This document shows, piece after piece, positions 1 to 11,808 of a stretch of DNA of 64,000 bases. The stretch lies in assembly GCA_964187785.1 (NCBI GenBank), contig OZ076421.1, forward strand, positions 54,002,001 to 54,066,000, given 5' to 3'. Under the pieces are notes generated by a model. It had not been told where the DNA came from, did not search any database, and was given only the letters and a program-made list of their open reading frames with translations. This DNA comes from Amphiscolops sp. MND2022 (taxonomy: Eukaryota). Position 1 is the stretch's first letter, and the number at the start of each line of letters is the position of its first letter. A program made the position numbers and the translations under genes.

Positions 1-228
1 GCTCATCACTAACGGGCGTCAGCGGGCGGTAATTCAGTGCTTGTTCAACGAGGCAAAAGGTGGTGTTCAGAGTCTCACCTGTCATTCTACGGTTCCCGAG
101 GATACTGTAGAAAACTCTCTTGCAACTCCGGACCATTCTTGCCAGGACCCACCATGATGCGGGGCGCTGGGTGGATTGAACTTCCACCGAATACCCTTAC
201 ACACGAGTGCCGCTGGCGCGTAGTCATT

Positions 229-936
229 TCAGCGACGGGTGACCTCGAGGAGCTCTTTCTCGGCCCCGACAAAATTAGTTCCATTGTCGGACCATATTAC
301 ATTGGGCATTCCTCGCCGAGCTATAAAGCGTTCAATTCCGGCAACGCCCGCACTGGTGTCCATAGAACTAACTTTTTCCAGGTGTATTGCTCGGGTGATG
401 AGACACGTAAACAGGAACACCCATCTTTTCTCCGAGCTGCGCCGAGTAGAAACAAAGAAAGGGCCAAAGTAATCCACCCCGCAGTTACTGAAGGGTGGCT
501 CCAGATAACCTAGCCTCTCTTTCGGTAAGTCTGCCATCATGGGGTTTACGATTACGGTGTCACGTTTTCGACAAGGAATGAATTGGTAGCGGATGGTTCG
601 GAGGATGGAGCGGATCTTCAGAATGATGTACTTAGGGCCCACTTGGGCTCTTACGTAGTCAAAGCCCAGGTGATGGTACATTTGATGTAGATGTTTCAGC
701 ATTAACTTGACGAAATGATGTTTGCCATGAAGTATTACGGGGTGTTTGGTGTCGTGTCTAACGTCTGAAAGACGCCGCAGTCGGCTCTGTGAGCGTAACA
801 AATTATCAGGCCCAACGAAAGGGGAATATGATAGGAGACGGAGTTTGCCGGACTTTTGTTTTTTGGCGGCAAGAAGATCGTTAGAAAAAGACTCTACTTG
901 CGACAAGTAAAGTAGTTTCGTTTCGGCATTCTCCAA
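229..936 (-). pseudogene. BEL/Pao integrase (zinc-binding HHCC plus catalytic core) fragment
   Basis: HQMYHHLG...CRKR zinc region, VDYFGPF, HLEKVSSMDT, WSDNGTNFVG. The frame is broken at both ends. Confidence 0.9.
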
Positions 937-1055
937 CTCGCTCGGGTCCTCAATTTTGCCATTAATGGTACGAAAATGGCGGTAACGAGACGAAAGCTTA
1001 AAAAGGTAAGCGACAATTCGGATTAGCTTGCGATAAGAACTATAGTTACTCCAAA

Positions 1056-1922
1056 CTATGACGGGGAGTTAGGCGGCGACGCTGCTGCCAGCGAGTTGGA
1101 CTGTAATTTGTCAGTTGCACACGTTTCCGTTGGTTTAATAGTGTAAATGGCAGATGGTTCCGGTTCAAATCGCCAGTCGGATGTTCTGAGGAAATTAGGC
1201 CCTTTCGCCCAACAACAACTTGGAAGATCTGCTGCAGCGAGTCCGCGCGTTCCAGCATCTGCAGGGTTTTTAGCAGTAGGAACGTGAAACCATTGGTCAA
1301 TTGTTGTGGTTTCTAGAATTTCCGCTAAGCGGTTCGCAACAAAAACAGGCTGTTTATCTGCCGAAGCAAGCCATTGAAGAATTGTGCTGCTATCAGTCCA
1401 CATGAAAGTCTGGGGCACATCAAAAGTTAATGCACCGAGGATTTTCTGACGTAAGTGTGCAGCGATAAGCGCAGCTTGCAACTCGAGTTTAGGAATTGTT
1501 ATTGGTTTCATAGGCGCAACACGTGCTTTTCCTACTACGCATGACAAATGCGCAATATTTGAACCTTGACACTTAGCTCGAAGGAAGCCTACAGCGCAGA
1601 ATATGTCCTTGGAGCAGTCACCGAACATATGCAGCTCAATTTCTTCGACTGGGCTAGAGAAATATGGGCGAGGGATTGTCAAGTCTTGAAGCAACGGTAG
1701 TCCGGAACACCAATCATCAAATCGGCGAGAGAGGTCTTCGGGCAGTGGATTGTCCCACTGTTGCCCTTTGAGTTTCCAAATATCTTTCAAGAGCACGCGA
1801 GCAACAACGGTAAAGGGTGCGACAATTCCCAGCGGATCGAAAACGGCAGAGACCGTGCTCAACACAATGCGTTGTGTGTTGGGTCGATTTTCCTTCAACT
1901 TAACGCGCCGGCTCACATTCAA
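1056..1922 (-). pseudogene. BEL/Pao RT connection plus RNase H fragment
   Basis: TQRIVLSTVSAVFDPLG, ELHMFGDCS, KARVAP, TIPKLELQAA, WTDSST, NPADAGTRG. Confidence 0.9.
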
Positions 1923-2047
1923 AGTGTCAGCTTTGTGATCCCTTTTGAGACCTAAAAAGCGACGTGATCGTTGGGTGTTGGACTATTTCTTTAACGTGTG
2001 GGACAGGAACGGGCGGTTCAAGTGTTTCAGATAAATCGTTTACGTTA

Positions 2048-2913
2048 CTAATGAACTTTGTTAACTTGAAGAACCCCTAGTTTGAGCATTTCAATCAGCT
2101 CTTGACTCAGTTTCAAAGCAGTTTCAGGACACTCAACAGAGTCGAGGTAGTCGTCCATATAGAACTTCTGTTCGACGGCTTTTGCGGCAAGATGATAGGA
2201 GGCTTCATTGTCTCTAGCTGTTTGTTGAAGCGCAACGTTAGCGCACGTCGGCGAGTCTCTCGCTTCAAAAATGTGTCTCGTGTACTGGAGTGTCTCCACA
2301 TTCTGGGTGGGGTCCTCTCGCCACAAAAATTGCAATGCAAGCATGTTTGATCTGGAGGAGGCCCACCGACCTGAAGGAACATTCCTTCAATATCTGCTGA
2401 AACTGCATACTGATACTGTCGGAAGCGAAGGAGGACGTTTAACAGGTCTTGCAAGAGATCAGGGCCTGTTAACAGGCAAGTATTCAGCGACTTGCCATGA
2501 AACTTTGACGCCCCGTTTAGTACCCCCGGCTTGTTCGGGTTTACCACGGGGTGATGTGGCAAATACCAATCTCGTGAGGAACGGCATTCGGGGTTGAACT
2601 CACCAACGGGGATCACATAACCCATTTGAAGATCATCGTGGACAGTTTTGATATAATTTGATTTGAGTTCTGGGTCCTTTTCCAGTCTCCTTTCAAGTGA
2701 TTTCAGCTGGACCAGTGAAGCGTAGTAACTGCTAGGCAGTGTTACGTTGTCTGTCGCCCACAGCATGCCGACTGAGTACCGCTCTCCATCGTGCACGGTG
2801 GTTGTCTCGAGGATTTTGTTGGCACGCTTGTCCGCAGCAGAGCAGCAAGGATAGGCTTGAACGCAGGAACCATAAGATTCCAGGTCATACCACGCTTTTA
2901 CCTGTTCCGCCAA
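2048..2913 (-). pseudogene. BEL/Pao reverse transcriptase, frameshifted
   Basis: WYLPHHPVVNPNKPG, GPDLLQDL, ADIEGMFLQV in one frame; LQFLWR...HIFEARDSP...FYMDDYLDS in a second frame. Confidence 0.9.
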
Positions 2914-3301
2914 TGAGAGGTCTTCTACAGTAGCCTTAAAACACGTGGAGACAAACGAAGCGGACGTTCGCTCAGGTGTTGCACCACATAGAGCCCACCC
3001 TTACGGCAGCTGAACAACCCACGGGTCATTCATGGGGTCACCCTTGAAGGAATTAATTGGGTGAATAGCATACTACGCGTCTTCACCAATATTGAGCTGA
3101 ATATCGGAGTAATTATAAACGATGGGAGTGATGGGAACGATATGCGGATGTTGCTTTTGTAGTTCGTTCCGGTATGTCAATGAGCTCATTTCCGAGTGTC
3201 AATGATTTCGTGAATGGTTTAAGGTCAAATGAAAAGGGAGGATCGGCATACAGGGACGAAACCACAACTTCAACACGTTCGGTTACGACTTCTTGATTGG
3301 A

Positions 3302-5878
3302 TTAAATGCCACTCAGGGCAACCTTCGAGGGAGAGCCGGTGAGAGACAATGATTTGGCTAGCCTCTCAGATATCCAAGAGTGAACGCTCCCAGTATCACA
3401 CAAAGCTAAGACTTCCGCAGATCCACAACGACTGGAGACGTTCACCAAAACGACAGGTATAAGACCCCTTGTGTCGATATCCGTTGCGGCATAACTACAG
3501 GTAGACTTACTACCGCTCCAGACAGTAGCGCTAGCTGTTTTATTCGACTTCGGTGAAGAAGACTTTTTCTGACGCAATGGAAAGATGCGACTTGCGCCGT
3601 GCAACAAAGTATTATGCTGCCGTGGATTTTGACAGTCTGGAGATGTACATTGTATGTCCTTGTCGCATTCACTGGCTCTATGTACACCATTCACGCATCG
3701 AAAGCAGAAATTGTTATCAGCGGCAAGTTTCGCGCGCTGTGTAGGTGTTTTCGTTTTAAATTCATCACACTTCCACAATGGGTGCTTGCTTTTGCAACAC
3801 TGGCAGGGCAAAAATTTACTTTCCGGGTTGGTCCGTCGCACATGCCTGGGAGTAGTGGACAAAGTGGACCCGGTAGCTGCTGCTGTGGCGGAAAAAGACT
3901 TACTGTTACTTTTGACTTTGCTTTCTTCGGCTTTTGGCTTGCTTGTTCCTGAGACGTCCATTCGCTCATGGGCTTCTGCTTTTCGTTTGAGCCAATCGTT
4001 AAAGTCGATAAGCGTAGGTCGCAGCATGTCTTTTACTGCAGTGTGCATGGACCATTGCTCGCAAAGATTCGGTGGTAGTTTGTAAACAGCTTGGTTCAAC
4101 ATAGCAGCAGCTCTCAAGTCATTTTCGTAGTTCAGTGAACGGAAAACACCTATAATACTTGCAATGAAATTCGCGAAATCAATTATTTGTTCGGAACTAT
4201 GTATTCTGACAGGGGTGTAACTAGCTAACTCATCAAAATAGGCACCCACGACTACTTGTGGCTGGCCAAATTTGCGTTCTAACGTTTTCAGACTATCTCT
4301 ATAGAACCGTCCAGAGTACGCAACGTCAGCGATGGCTAATTTGGCTTTACCAGTCACAGGAGTTTTCAGATAGGTGATTTTCTCGTCGTCCGTCAAGTTA
4401 GCTGAGTCGATCGCACTCTTGAATTGACCCGACCACTCATGCCATGACAACGGGTCTCCGTCATACTTGGAAAGTGTCCACTCCGGGAGGGGGCCCTGGC
4501 GGTTCGATTTCAAGGCTTCGACTAAGTTTTGCATTGTGACTCCGGGCTGAGCGACGTTAATTGTTGAGGCAGCAAAAGGAGTAAGGTGACCTGTTGGCGC
4601 GGATATTGGCCCAGTATGCAGTAAGACGAGCGTTTGTGTGGGAAAGGGCGAGCTCCCATAATGAACAGAACCATGTGCACCCGGCGGAATTACTGCAGTT
4701 GTTGACAAGACGTTCGTGTTTGTACAAGCAGTAAAGATCGGAGCAGGCCGCGTAGTTGTAAGAGACGATGACGTCGTAGCGGCTGCATGGTTATTCACCC
4801 AAAGAGACAGTTTCGGAACGTACGAATTAGTCAGAAGCGAAGACTGTGCATTAAAAATAGGACGTTGTTGCGAATGCGAAGTGGAGATGACAGTCGAAAC
4901 AAAGACGTTGGGTCGCAGTTCTGCCACGGCTTCGGAGTTAAAGTTCAAGTGTTGCTGAAGTGACGGCACAATGGTGTTGTCGATAACATTGGATTGGTCG
5001 GTCGCCGCGTTGTCTGCAGACTCATTCAGGTTATCTTCAATGTGAGTAGTGGATTTCACATTGTCGAGGATAGAGCTGGTAGCCTGGTCCCGGCTCGCTG
5101 GGGAAAAGACATCAGTTGGGAGAGGAACGCCCATCTCCCGTTCGGTCTGATTCACGATCGAGTGCACCCAATCCGCAGTTAGATTACCAGTGCCACCATC
5201 CTCATCGTTGACACCCAAAGGCGCCAAATTTACATTCTTTCCAACACTTGAATCATCTGCTAACTCCATTTCGTCCATTTTTAGCTCATTCAATTTGCGG
5301 CGTTTTTCTTCAGAAATTTCTTTTAGTCTTAGGTCGAAGCGGTCCTTTTCAAGTTGCATTGCAGCTGCAGTTTGACGTTCGGCTTCTTGAGCTCGTAACT
5401 TAGTAGCCTCTAGGGCGCGTCGCCGTTGGCTAAAAGTCATGGAAGCAGCACGTGAAAAAGGTTGTGAACTTTTATGCGAGCGTGAGCCAATGCTTTTATG
5501 GGATGGAACAGATTCCGCATCTTCTGTGGCCTTATCGCTAGTGCCGTCCAATTAATCCCTAGCCATTGTCGTGGTTTTGTCGTGACAAGCCATTGCATTT
5601 TGGAGCCATTGGTCTAGGTCTTCGATAGTTTTCTGAGGATCATTAGTGTTTGGGGCAAGGTCTCTCAGTTGGTTGTTAGTAGCAATAGCTTTTTGCAACT
5701 TCTCTTCGGCGCGTCCTAAAAGGCTTTCGACCTTCGTTTTTTGTTTGGTATCAGAGGTGAGCACAGATTCGAGGTCTTCATATGTATTTCTGAGCTCATT
5801 CTCAAATCTATTACGGGATTTGGACAGCCTGGAAGCTGTTTCAAGCAATGGTTCCGGTTTAGAACCACACGCTTACAT
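3302..5878 (-). pseudogene. BEL/Pao gag-protease part of a single polyprotein ORF with in-frame nonsense codons
   Basis: ATG at 5876-5878 is followed directly by TAA (5873-5875); further in-frame TAA at 5552-5554 and 3302-3304. Contains a DUF1759-like core (YDGDPLSWHEWSGQFKSAID), Cys/His knuckles (CQCCKSKHPLWKC; CFRCVNGVHRASEC) and the protease DTGS motif. Confidence 0.88.
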
Positions 5879-7076
5879 TTTTTCCTTCAAAAAAAGTCAA
5901 AAAAGGAGCAAAAAGCGAGGACTTTTAACTCAGTAGGCCACGACCGTCTTAAGCGGTCTATTGTCCGTTGAGAAGAGAGAACCTAGCCAAAACGAAACTG
6001 ACCGGGGCGGAGGTAATGATTCTCAAGTCCCAACTCGGTAGGCCACGACCGTCTTAGGCGGTCTAGTGTCTAATGAGTTGGGGCAAAAATCAACCAAGAG
6101 ATAGAAAGGCGCTAGAAAAACAAAAAAACGGGCTCGATTGATATTTCGCTCTTATCAAAAGGTGAGTTGGTTTCTACAAGACTTTGGATTTCAGTCTCGC
6201 TCTTCTCCCCTTTGAAAGGCGTTTGGTTGTTGCTCTGAACCGGAGAAGACTTTTAAGGTTATTTTGATGGCGAAGGATTGTTTCAAAAAGACGTTTTTCG
6301 CAACGTACACTAGGATGTACTTGTCCCAAATCGGACTGGACAGAACTATTTTGCCTTTTGAGGCGGGATATCAGGTGTCTGCGAACGTCCAAAATCAAAA
6401 TTTTACTTTGGAAGAGTTTTCGAACGATGTTTATCCTTTCACTAGTGCGTTGCAGGTATAAAATAGCCGCAATGCGGTCTTTAAACTCAGCAAGAGTTTA
6501 AAGATCCTCGGCCGAACAGGGTTGGAAATTGTTGGTTGAATGTGCAGAGACAGTGTTGCTAATGACCCCGTGCCAAATCACAATATCCCGCCTACCTCGC
6601 AGGGGACCTTGCCTAAGCAAATTTTGCTGTTGTTTGCTTTTGGATTAAAACTCAAGCCACCCACGGCGAAGATCTTTGGCCCGTACCGGCGTTTTTCTGC
6701 AGAGGAAAATTTTCGAAACAATCCAGCGAGTCCGCTTGCGCCTATGATGTACACCATCGACTAATCAAAATCAGTATCAAATCAAGGTCTGGTTACACGT
6801 TTTTGTGTCCGGTAGTGTGACTATGCTTTGAAAAGATCAAAAGTGCTCAAGGATCTGACGCGAGTGTCAGAGAAAAGTGAACAAAAGGAGGGGAAGGCGC
6901 TGATGCCTCAGAGATTCAGGAAAAACATTATATATTTTTTTAGTTTAGTTTTTTTTGTCAAGTGTTTTACTCACGACCCCTCGAATGGGGTTGCCTTCTT
7001 CGTTACAGCATGGGAGACAGCCCAGCGACTCCACACTCCGACCACACGACAGGCCCAGAAACAGCGGGTTCCAGGA

Positions 7077-7214
7077 ATATTCCCTCGATTGGAGGATGGA
7101 TATTCCCTCGATAGCAGGATGGATATTTCCTCGATTGGAGGATGGATATTCCCTCGATTGGAGGATGGATATTCCCTCGATTGGAGGATGGATATTCCCT
7201 CGATTGGAGGATGG
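7077..7214. repeat. 6 x 23-bp tandem repeat (ATATTCCCTCGATTGGAGGATGG) in the BEL leader
   Basis: Six contiguous units counted directly; units 2 and 3 carry substitutions; no spacers. Confidence 0.95.
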
Positions 7215-7239
7215 ATACTTTGGGAGAACTTTTGGTAAA

Positions 7240-7255
7240 CCGGGTCGCGGCACCA
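7240..7255 (-). promoter_or_regulatory. Primer-binding site of the BEL element, tRNA-His-like
   Basis: - strand TGGTGCCGCGACCCGG matches 14/16 to the complement of the conserved eukaryotic tRNA-His 3' end (TGGTGCCGTGACTCGG). Confidence 0.7.
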
Positions 7256-7646
7256 GTATTTTACTGACGACAGTAAAAAGGAGTAAAAACTCGAAGAGTT
7301 AATTTGAAGCTGTATTCATATCAAATGAAATAATAGTCGTTTTCATATATGAATTTACTGCAGATGAGGTTTACAATTTCCGTATGAAAGGTTCTTTAGT
7401 GCTCTATTATTGAACACAGTCCGAACCAGACGCGAAAATACCAGCCTGTTATGTAAGAGGTCAAAAGTTGTTGTCGATCGTATTAGTTTTAGGGGTTTCA
7501 TGCTCTAAAAGAACTGTCAATCATTAGTTGTCACTTGCTTATGTTGTTTGTCAACAACAGATTGTGTTGAGTTTTTTGAGCCGGGTGAGTCTGCGAGTCA
7601 GAGTATGGGTGCGCACTTTGATTGTTCGCGGAGTGAAATTAAGGCT

Positions 7647-9087
7647 TCAATGAAAATCCTGTTCTCCTTCCGAGGATGGATCTTCATCGTTGTCTTGTGT
7701 GTCCATTCGGTTCATGGGACGCTGTTTTTGTTTTGGTTCGCTTCGTCGTTCTTTGTTCTCTTGGTCATCTGTTCGTTTGTATGGCAGTTGTCCGTATGGG
7801 GTGCTAGTTTGTTTGGGAATTCGTTTTCGGCAATCTCTAGCTGAATGTCCAGTGTATCCGCAAATCTGACAAACGAGTTTTGGATTGTTTTTGGGTTTGT
7901 CGTCTTCCTGTCGTTTGGCTGGTTGTGTGGCGTCTGGCTTGGTTATGCCATTAGCCTCATCTCGTTGTCGTCCTCGGCATTCTTGTTTTCGATGTCCTTG
8001 TTTGCCGCAGTAGAAACATTTGCCCTCGAATCGTTTAGTCTCGGTTTTGGGTTGGGCTTGGTCAGATCGCGTGAATTCCATCTTTGTGGTGTTATCGGAC
8101 ATCTGGTTGAAGGGTTGGTAGGTGGATGTGGTTTGTTGAAGTACGTTCTGGTACTGGTATTTTCGGAGCAGGTATGTTTTGATTTCTTCGGGGCTACTGT
8201 CTTCCTTGTTCGCCATTGTCAGCTCTTGTTGGATTTCGACGGGTAATTTCCCGAAGAGAAACATCTTTATGCATTTGTCGGCTTCGTCCCTGTAGGCTTG
8301 CTTGGCGATTTTCTTGAGATCTTTCAGGAAATGTCCGAATGTCTGAGTGATCGGGTCGTATTTGGCCTCGTTCCATTTGTAGCGTGCGACTTCTCGCATG
8401 TCTTCCTTTGCGAACTCTTTTCTGAATAATTGGATGACATCTTGCAGTGTGGTGGTGGAGCTAATTGTGATTGTTTGCCAAAAGTCGATGGCTTCGTCAC
8501 GGAGTAGGCTTTGGAAGAAGTGGATTTTATCTTCTTCTGTAATTTTGTTGGCGATTGGTCGGATGTGGTTAAGTAACAGATGTTCAAATTTATTGTACTT
8601 ATCTTTAGTTCCGCAGAATATTGGTACATGTGTTTCGTAATTTCGTGTTTGTTTTCTGTAATTTTCTGGGCAGATCTTGAATGGCGTTGAGTAATGCGGT
8701 TTCCTTTGAACTGCCAGGTGTATGTTCATAGTCGTCTTCGTCTTCTTCATCATGGAAGTGGTTGCGTTGGTTTCTATGAAGTCCTGTTGACTCCTGTCAC
8801 CATGTTGGACGACCGTACTGGGTACGAAGATGTCGTGGCAGCAGCGTCCGTTTGTCTAGTTCTTTCGTCATTTTGTTCTGATAATTCCTCCATCATAGCT
8901 TTTAGAACTGAGAGGCTAGTTCGTTAATTGGAGAATCCTGTCCTGACTGGACTTGTTCGTCTGGATTTTCACTGTTGTTTTCCATTATGCTAACCTTTTC
9001 ACTATCGCTGAATCCATTTGAATTATCTGAAGGAGGTGGAATTAGTGATTTTCCGTTTCTAAGTATTATAGGAGAACTAGAACTCAT
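7647..9087 (-). pseudogene. Ty3/Gypsy-type gag, frameshifted; pol not seen
   Basis: Capsid-like region (FEHLLLNHI...KIHFFQSLLRDEAIDFW) and two CCHC knuckles (CFYCGKQGHRKQEC; CQICGYTGHSARDC). The 5' part (MSSSSPIILRNGK, 9087) lies in a shifted frame. Confidence 0.85.
8790..8802 (-). promoter_or_regulatory. Primer-binding site (tRNA-Leu-like) within the gag reading frame
   Basis: - strand ...CCAACA|TGGTGACAGGAGT: a CA LTR end followed by TGG. Same TGGTGACAGGA motif as at 19952 and 23356. Resembles the tRNA-Leu(CAG) 3' complement TGGTGTCAGGAGT. Confidence 0.7.
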
Positions 9088-10200
9088 GCGATGAAGAAGG
9101 GATGTATTTTTGTGGATAAGAGTTGAATTGTTTAAGGCAAAAGGGGTAAAGTCAAATGTTTGGTTTTACAAATCTCGTATACTTGATTGTACGTGTTAGT
9201 TGTTGATACGTTTTTGTCTCTCTAGTTTTTGTAGTCACTTGCTTGGTAAGACGCAATTCTTACCATCCGTTTTTCCTATTGGTTGCTAGGTAGGTGCCAA
9301 TTAATACCTGGTCACGTAACTAGTCATTTTACAAGTCGCAAGAGGGCTACTGGTTATAAATCGCGCGCCAATTTAGTTTAAACCAATTAGCATGAAGATA
9401 TAACTCGTCCAAACTGGTTAATGCGCAATAATCATTATCTGAGTCATAATAATCATCGCAAATACATTATGATGGGGTTCTAGTCAATCAGGGGTTCAAT
9501 TTAAACATTTATAAAGAAAGGCGATGTGGAAACGATGATTCTACTGCAATAGAATGGTTTTAATGTGAAATTTGATAAGTTTTGTTGTTTAGACATCGTT
9601 TTCATTAGTTGGTTATGTTAGTACTGCTGTAGATGTGTTATAGATGAAAGAGTTCTAGTCTGTAGTTCGTATGACCAATCAGATGTGAACACGATGTATC
9701 ATGTAAGGAGGAGAGGTCAATTTAGCAACTGGGAGGGGTTACATCTCTTTATCATCGTCAGTTATTTTCTCACTTGCGATGTATAAACGATGAAAGATTT
9801 TCATCGTTTCGTCATCGTCTGTATGTTCGCGTTAGATTGAACGAACCGTCCGCGATGTACTAACGACGGAACATTTTCATCGGTTTCATATCGTCATTGA
9901 AACAGCACCAATCAACTTAGTAAGAGGATTCATCAGATTTACATCGTTATTCTAAATTCTCATTTCACGTGGTTCTATGTTGTCAAACGATGTAATATAG
10001 ATGAAACCTGTTAAATTTGTAATGAAACAAAGGTTTTAACATGTTTTTCATCGTTTTAGCATCTTCAGTTGGTTACTGAGTGGAAAAAGGTTTGTCGCGT
10101 TAGTTTACTCTGAAGCAGGAGCTCCCTAACGCGTGCCAGTCCTATTTTTCCAATGTGACGGCCCAGTTTGGCCGTAAGACTACTTTTCTCCTTTTGTGAC
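8803..10200 (-). mobile_element. Probable 5' LTR of the Gypsy element (distal end approximate)
   Basis: Directly abuts the PBS, contains the gag start, and has a CGATG/CATCG motif-rich block at ~9500-10070. The distal boundary and TSD were not identified. Confidence 0.5.
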
Positions 10201-11648
10201 AAGCAATCAATGGATAACAGCACCTTTGGTGATTAGCACGATCATAAATTGCAGACATCGGAACTAGAATGCTCAGTAATTATTTAAATAAACTACTCAA
10301 TTCTCATGGGCGTAGGGGATAAGGTACAGTTAACGTAGGGTTGCTCACAACCATAGCTCTTATTATATGACATCATATTGCCCATATCTAAGTACATAAG
10401 ACATATTATTTACATTATAGATATTTAGTAGATTATATTTCCATCATGCTGGCATGACAAGGTCTTAACCTGTCAACCAAATGCGCTTGGTTCATGTGAA
10501 GTATCAATCAAACCCCCCATGAAGTAAACTATTGCCATAACAAAAGATGAAATTGAAAGTTGGCAAACTCGATGTCACAACCTCGCTATTTTACGAAAAG
10601 AAAGAATTCTAACAGAGCAACTCCTATAATCCTTAAGAACAAATTAAAATATCATCAAAACCTACCAGAAGTCGAATTCCTCATCATAAAACCTAAACCA
10701 GTAGATATAGAAAATTACCACCCACTTCAATAGTACACCGTTTCCGCTTTGAGTGAAGCATATCAGCTTTTAAGTGAATCGCCTCGGCTTTTGTTCCAAA
10801 TTTTCAGCCAATCACTGGTCACCAAATTAAAAGTGCTTTACAATCAGAATTCAAGTGAACAATATCAGCGTCCAAATGTGTTAGCGAATAAGAATCACCA
10901 ACGACGCTTTCAAATTTAACAAACGCTGACCAAAGAATGCTACATGTACACAAAATGGTATGCGACGTTCGCTTACACTTTCCTTCAAGCTACCATTTCG
11001 TTCACATTATTTGAGATTTGCTGTAGCAAGCTAATCAATTTCTATTGGTTGTTCATTTAATATCTGATGTGCCTCATTTAACGTGGAAATGGTGTAAACT
11101 CTACTCCTCGTGTGGTTTATACCACTTTAAAAAATCCTCTAAACTTAATCGACTAAACTATAACATATCATGACCCACCGTGATATACAATGAACAAGTG
11201 CTTGACTTGATGCTAACTCATGCTAAATTTGATAGTTTACAAAACCCGTTCGTATCTCATGTAATCTGAACTTATGACCTTTAAACCCTGTATACCATAT
11301 TACGACCTAAATCTTGTCTACCATATCAAACGATAGAATTTAAATGATATTAACGTCATCGGTTCATTTACCCCCATCTCAGAGGCACAATAAATTATTC
11401 TTTCTGCTCAAGGTGTGTTTCAAGACCTGATGTCTGCAGCTCTGTTAGTGTCCTTTACAATAGCTCCTTCCATGTCACGTTTCAGACAAAATGTCACGTG
11501 ACAAATTTAGATAACTAAACGAATCATATCAAAAAAATATTTGGCATTTTCTCATGTATTTTTCTAACTTTTATGGTTGGCAGTTGGAATTTGTCGAAAT
11601 CAATTTGCCGGATTTTTCTGTCAAGCGTTTAAAATATCTTTGTTGTAG

Positions 11649-11808
11649 AGGCACAATGTGACAGCTACTTTTGTAAACGTCCTAATATGGACGCTGGCTC
11701 CTGTATTTATTCGAGTTGGCTTTGTGACCAGTATGTGGATTGTGAAGACGAATCAGATGAAGCAAATTCGTCAGATGAAGACGAATCAGATCAGACGAAC
11801 CAATGATG
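11649..11808 (+). pseudogene. LDL-receptor class A (LDLa) module exon, apparently disrupted
   Basis: tgttgtag acceptor, phase 1. Reads QCDSYFCKRPNMDAGSCIYSSWLCDQYVDCEDESDEANS, matching the C..FC..CI..W.CD..DC.D.SDE consensus with the 6th Cys missing. Internal 15-nt duplication, in-frame TGA at 11804, GTGAGT donor at 11809. Confidence 0.65.

Larger units (their letters stand above)
1..7255 (-). mobile_element. BEL/Pao LTR retrotransposon internal region, decayed, running off the left edge
   Basis: Domain order on the - strand is gag, protease (LALCDTGSVHSWIS), RT (LNTCLLTGPDLLQDL; SADIEGMFLQV; FYMDDYL), RNase H (ELHMFGDCS), integrase (CGVDYFGPF; WSDNGTNFVGAE). These motifs are BEL/Pao-typical. 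PBS at 7240-7255. Confidence 0.93.

Noticed and set aside
7077-7214. CRISPR array
   Set aside because: Units are contiguous with no unique spacers, the context is a eukaryotic retroelement, and there are no cas genes.
9361-9370. Second PBS (TGGCGCGCGA on the - strand)
   Set aside because: Only a short generic match and not preceded by a CA LTR end; the 8790-8802 site fits better.
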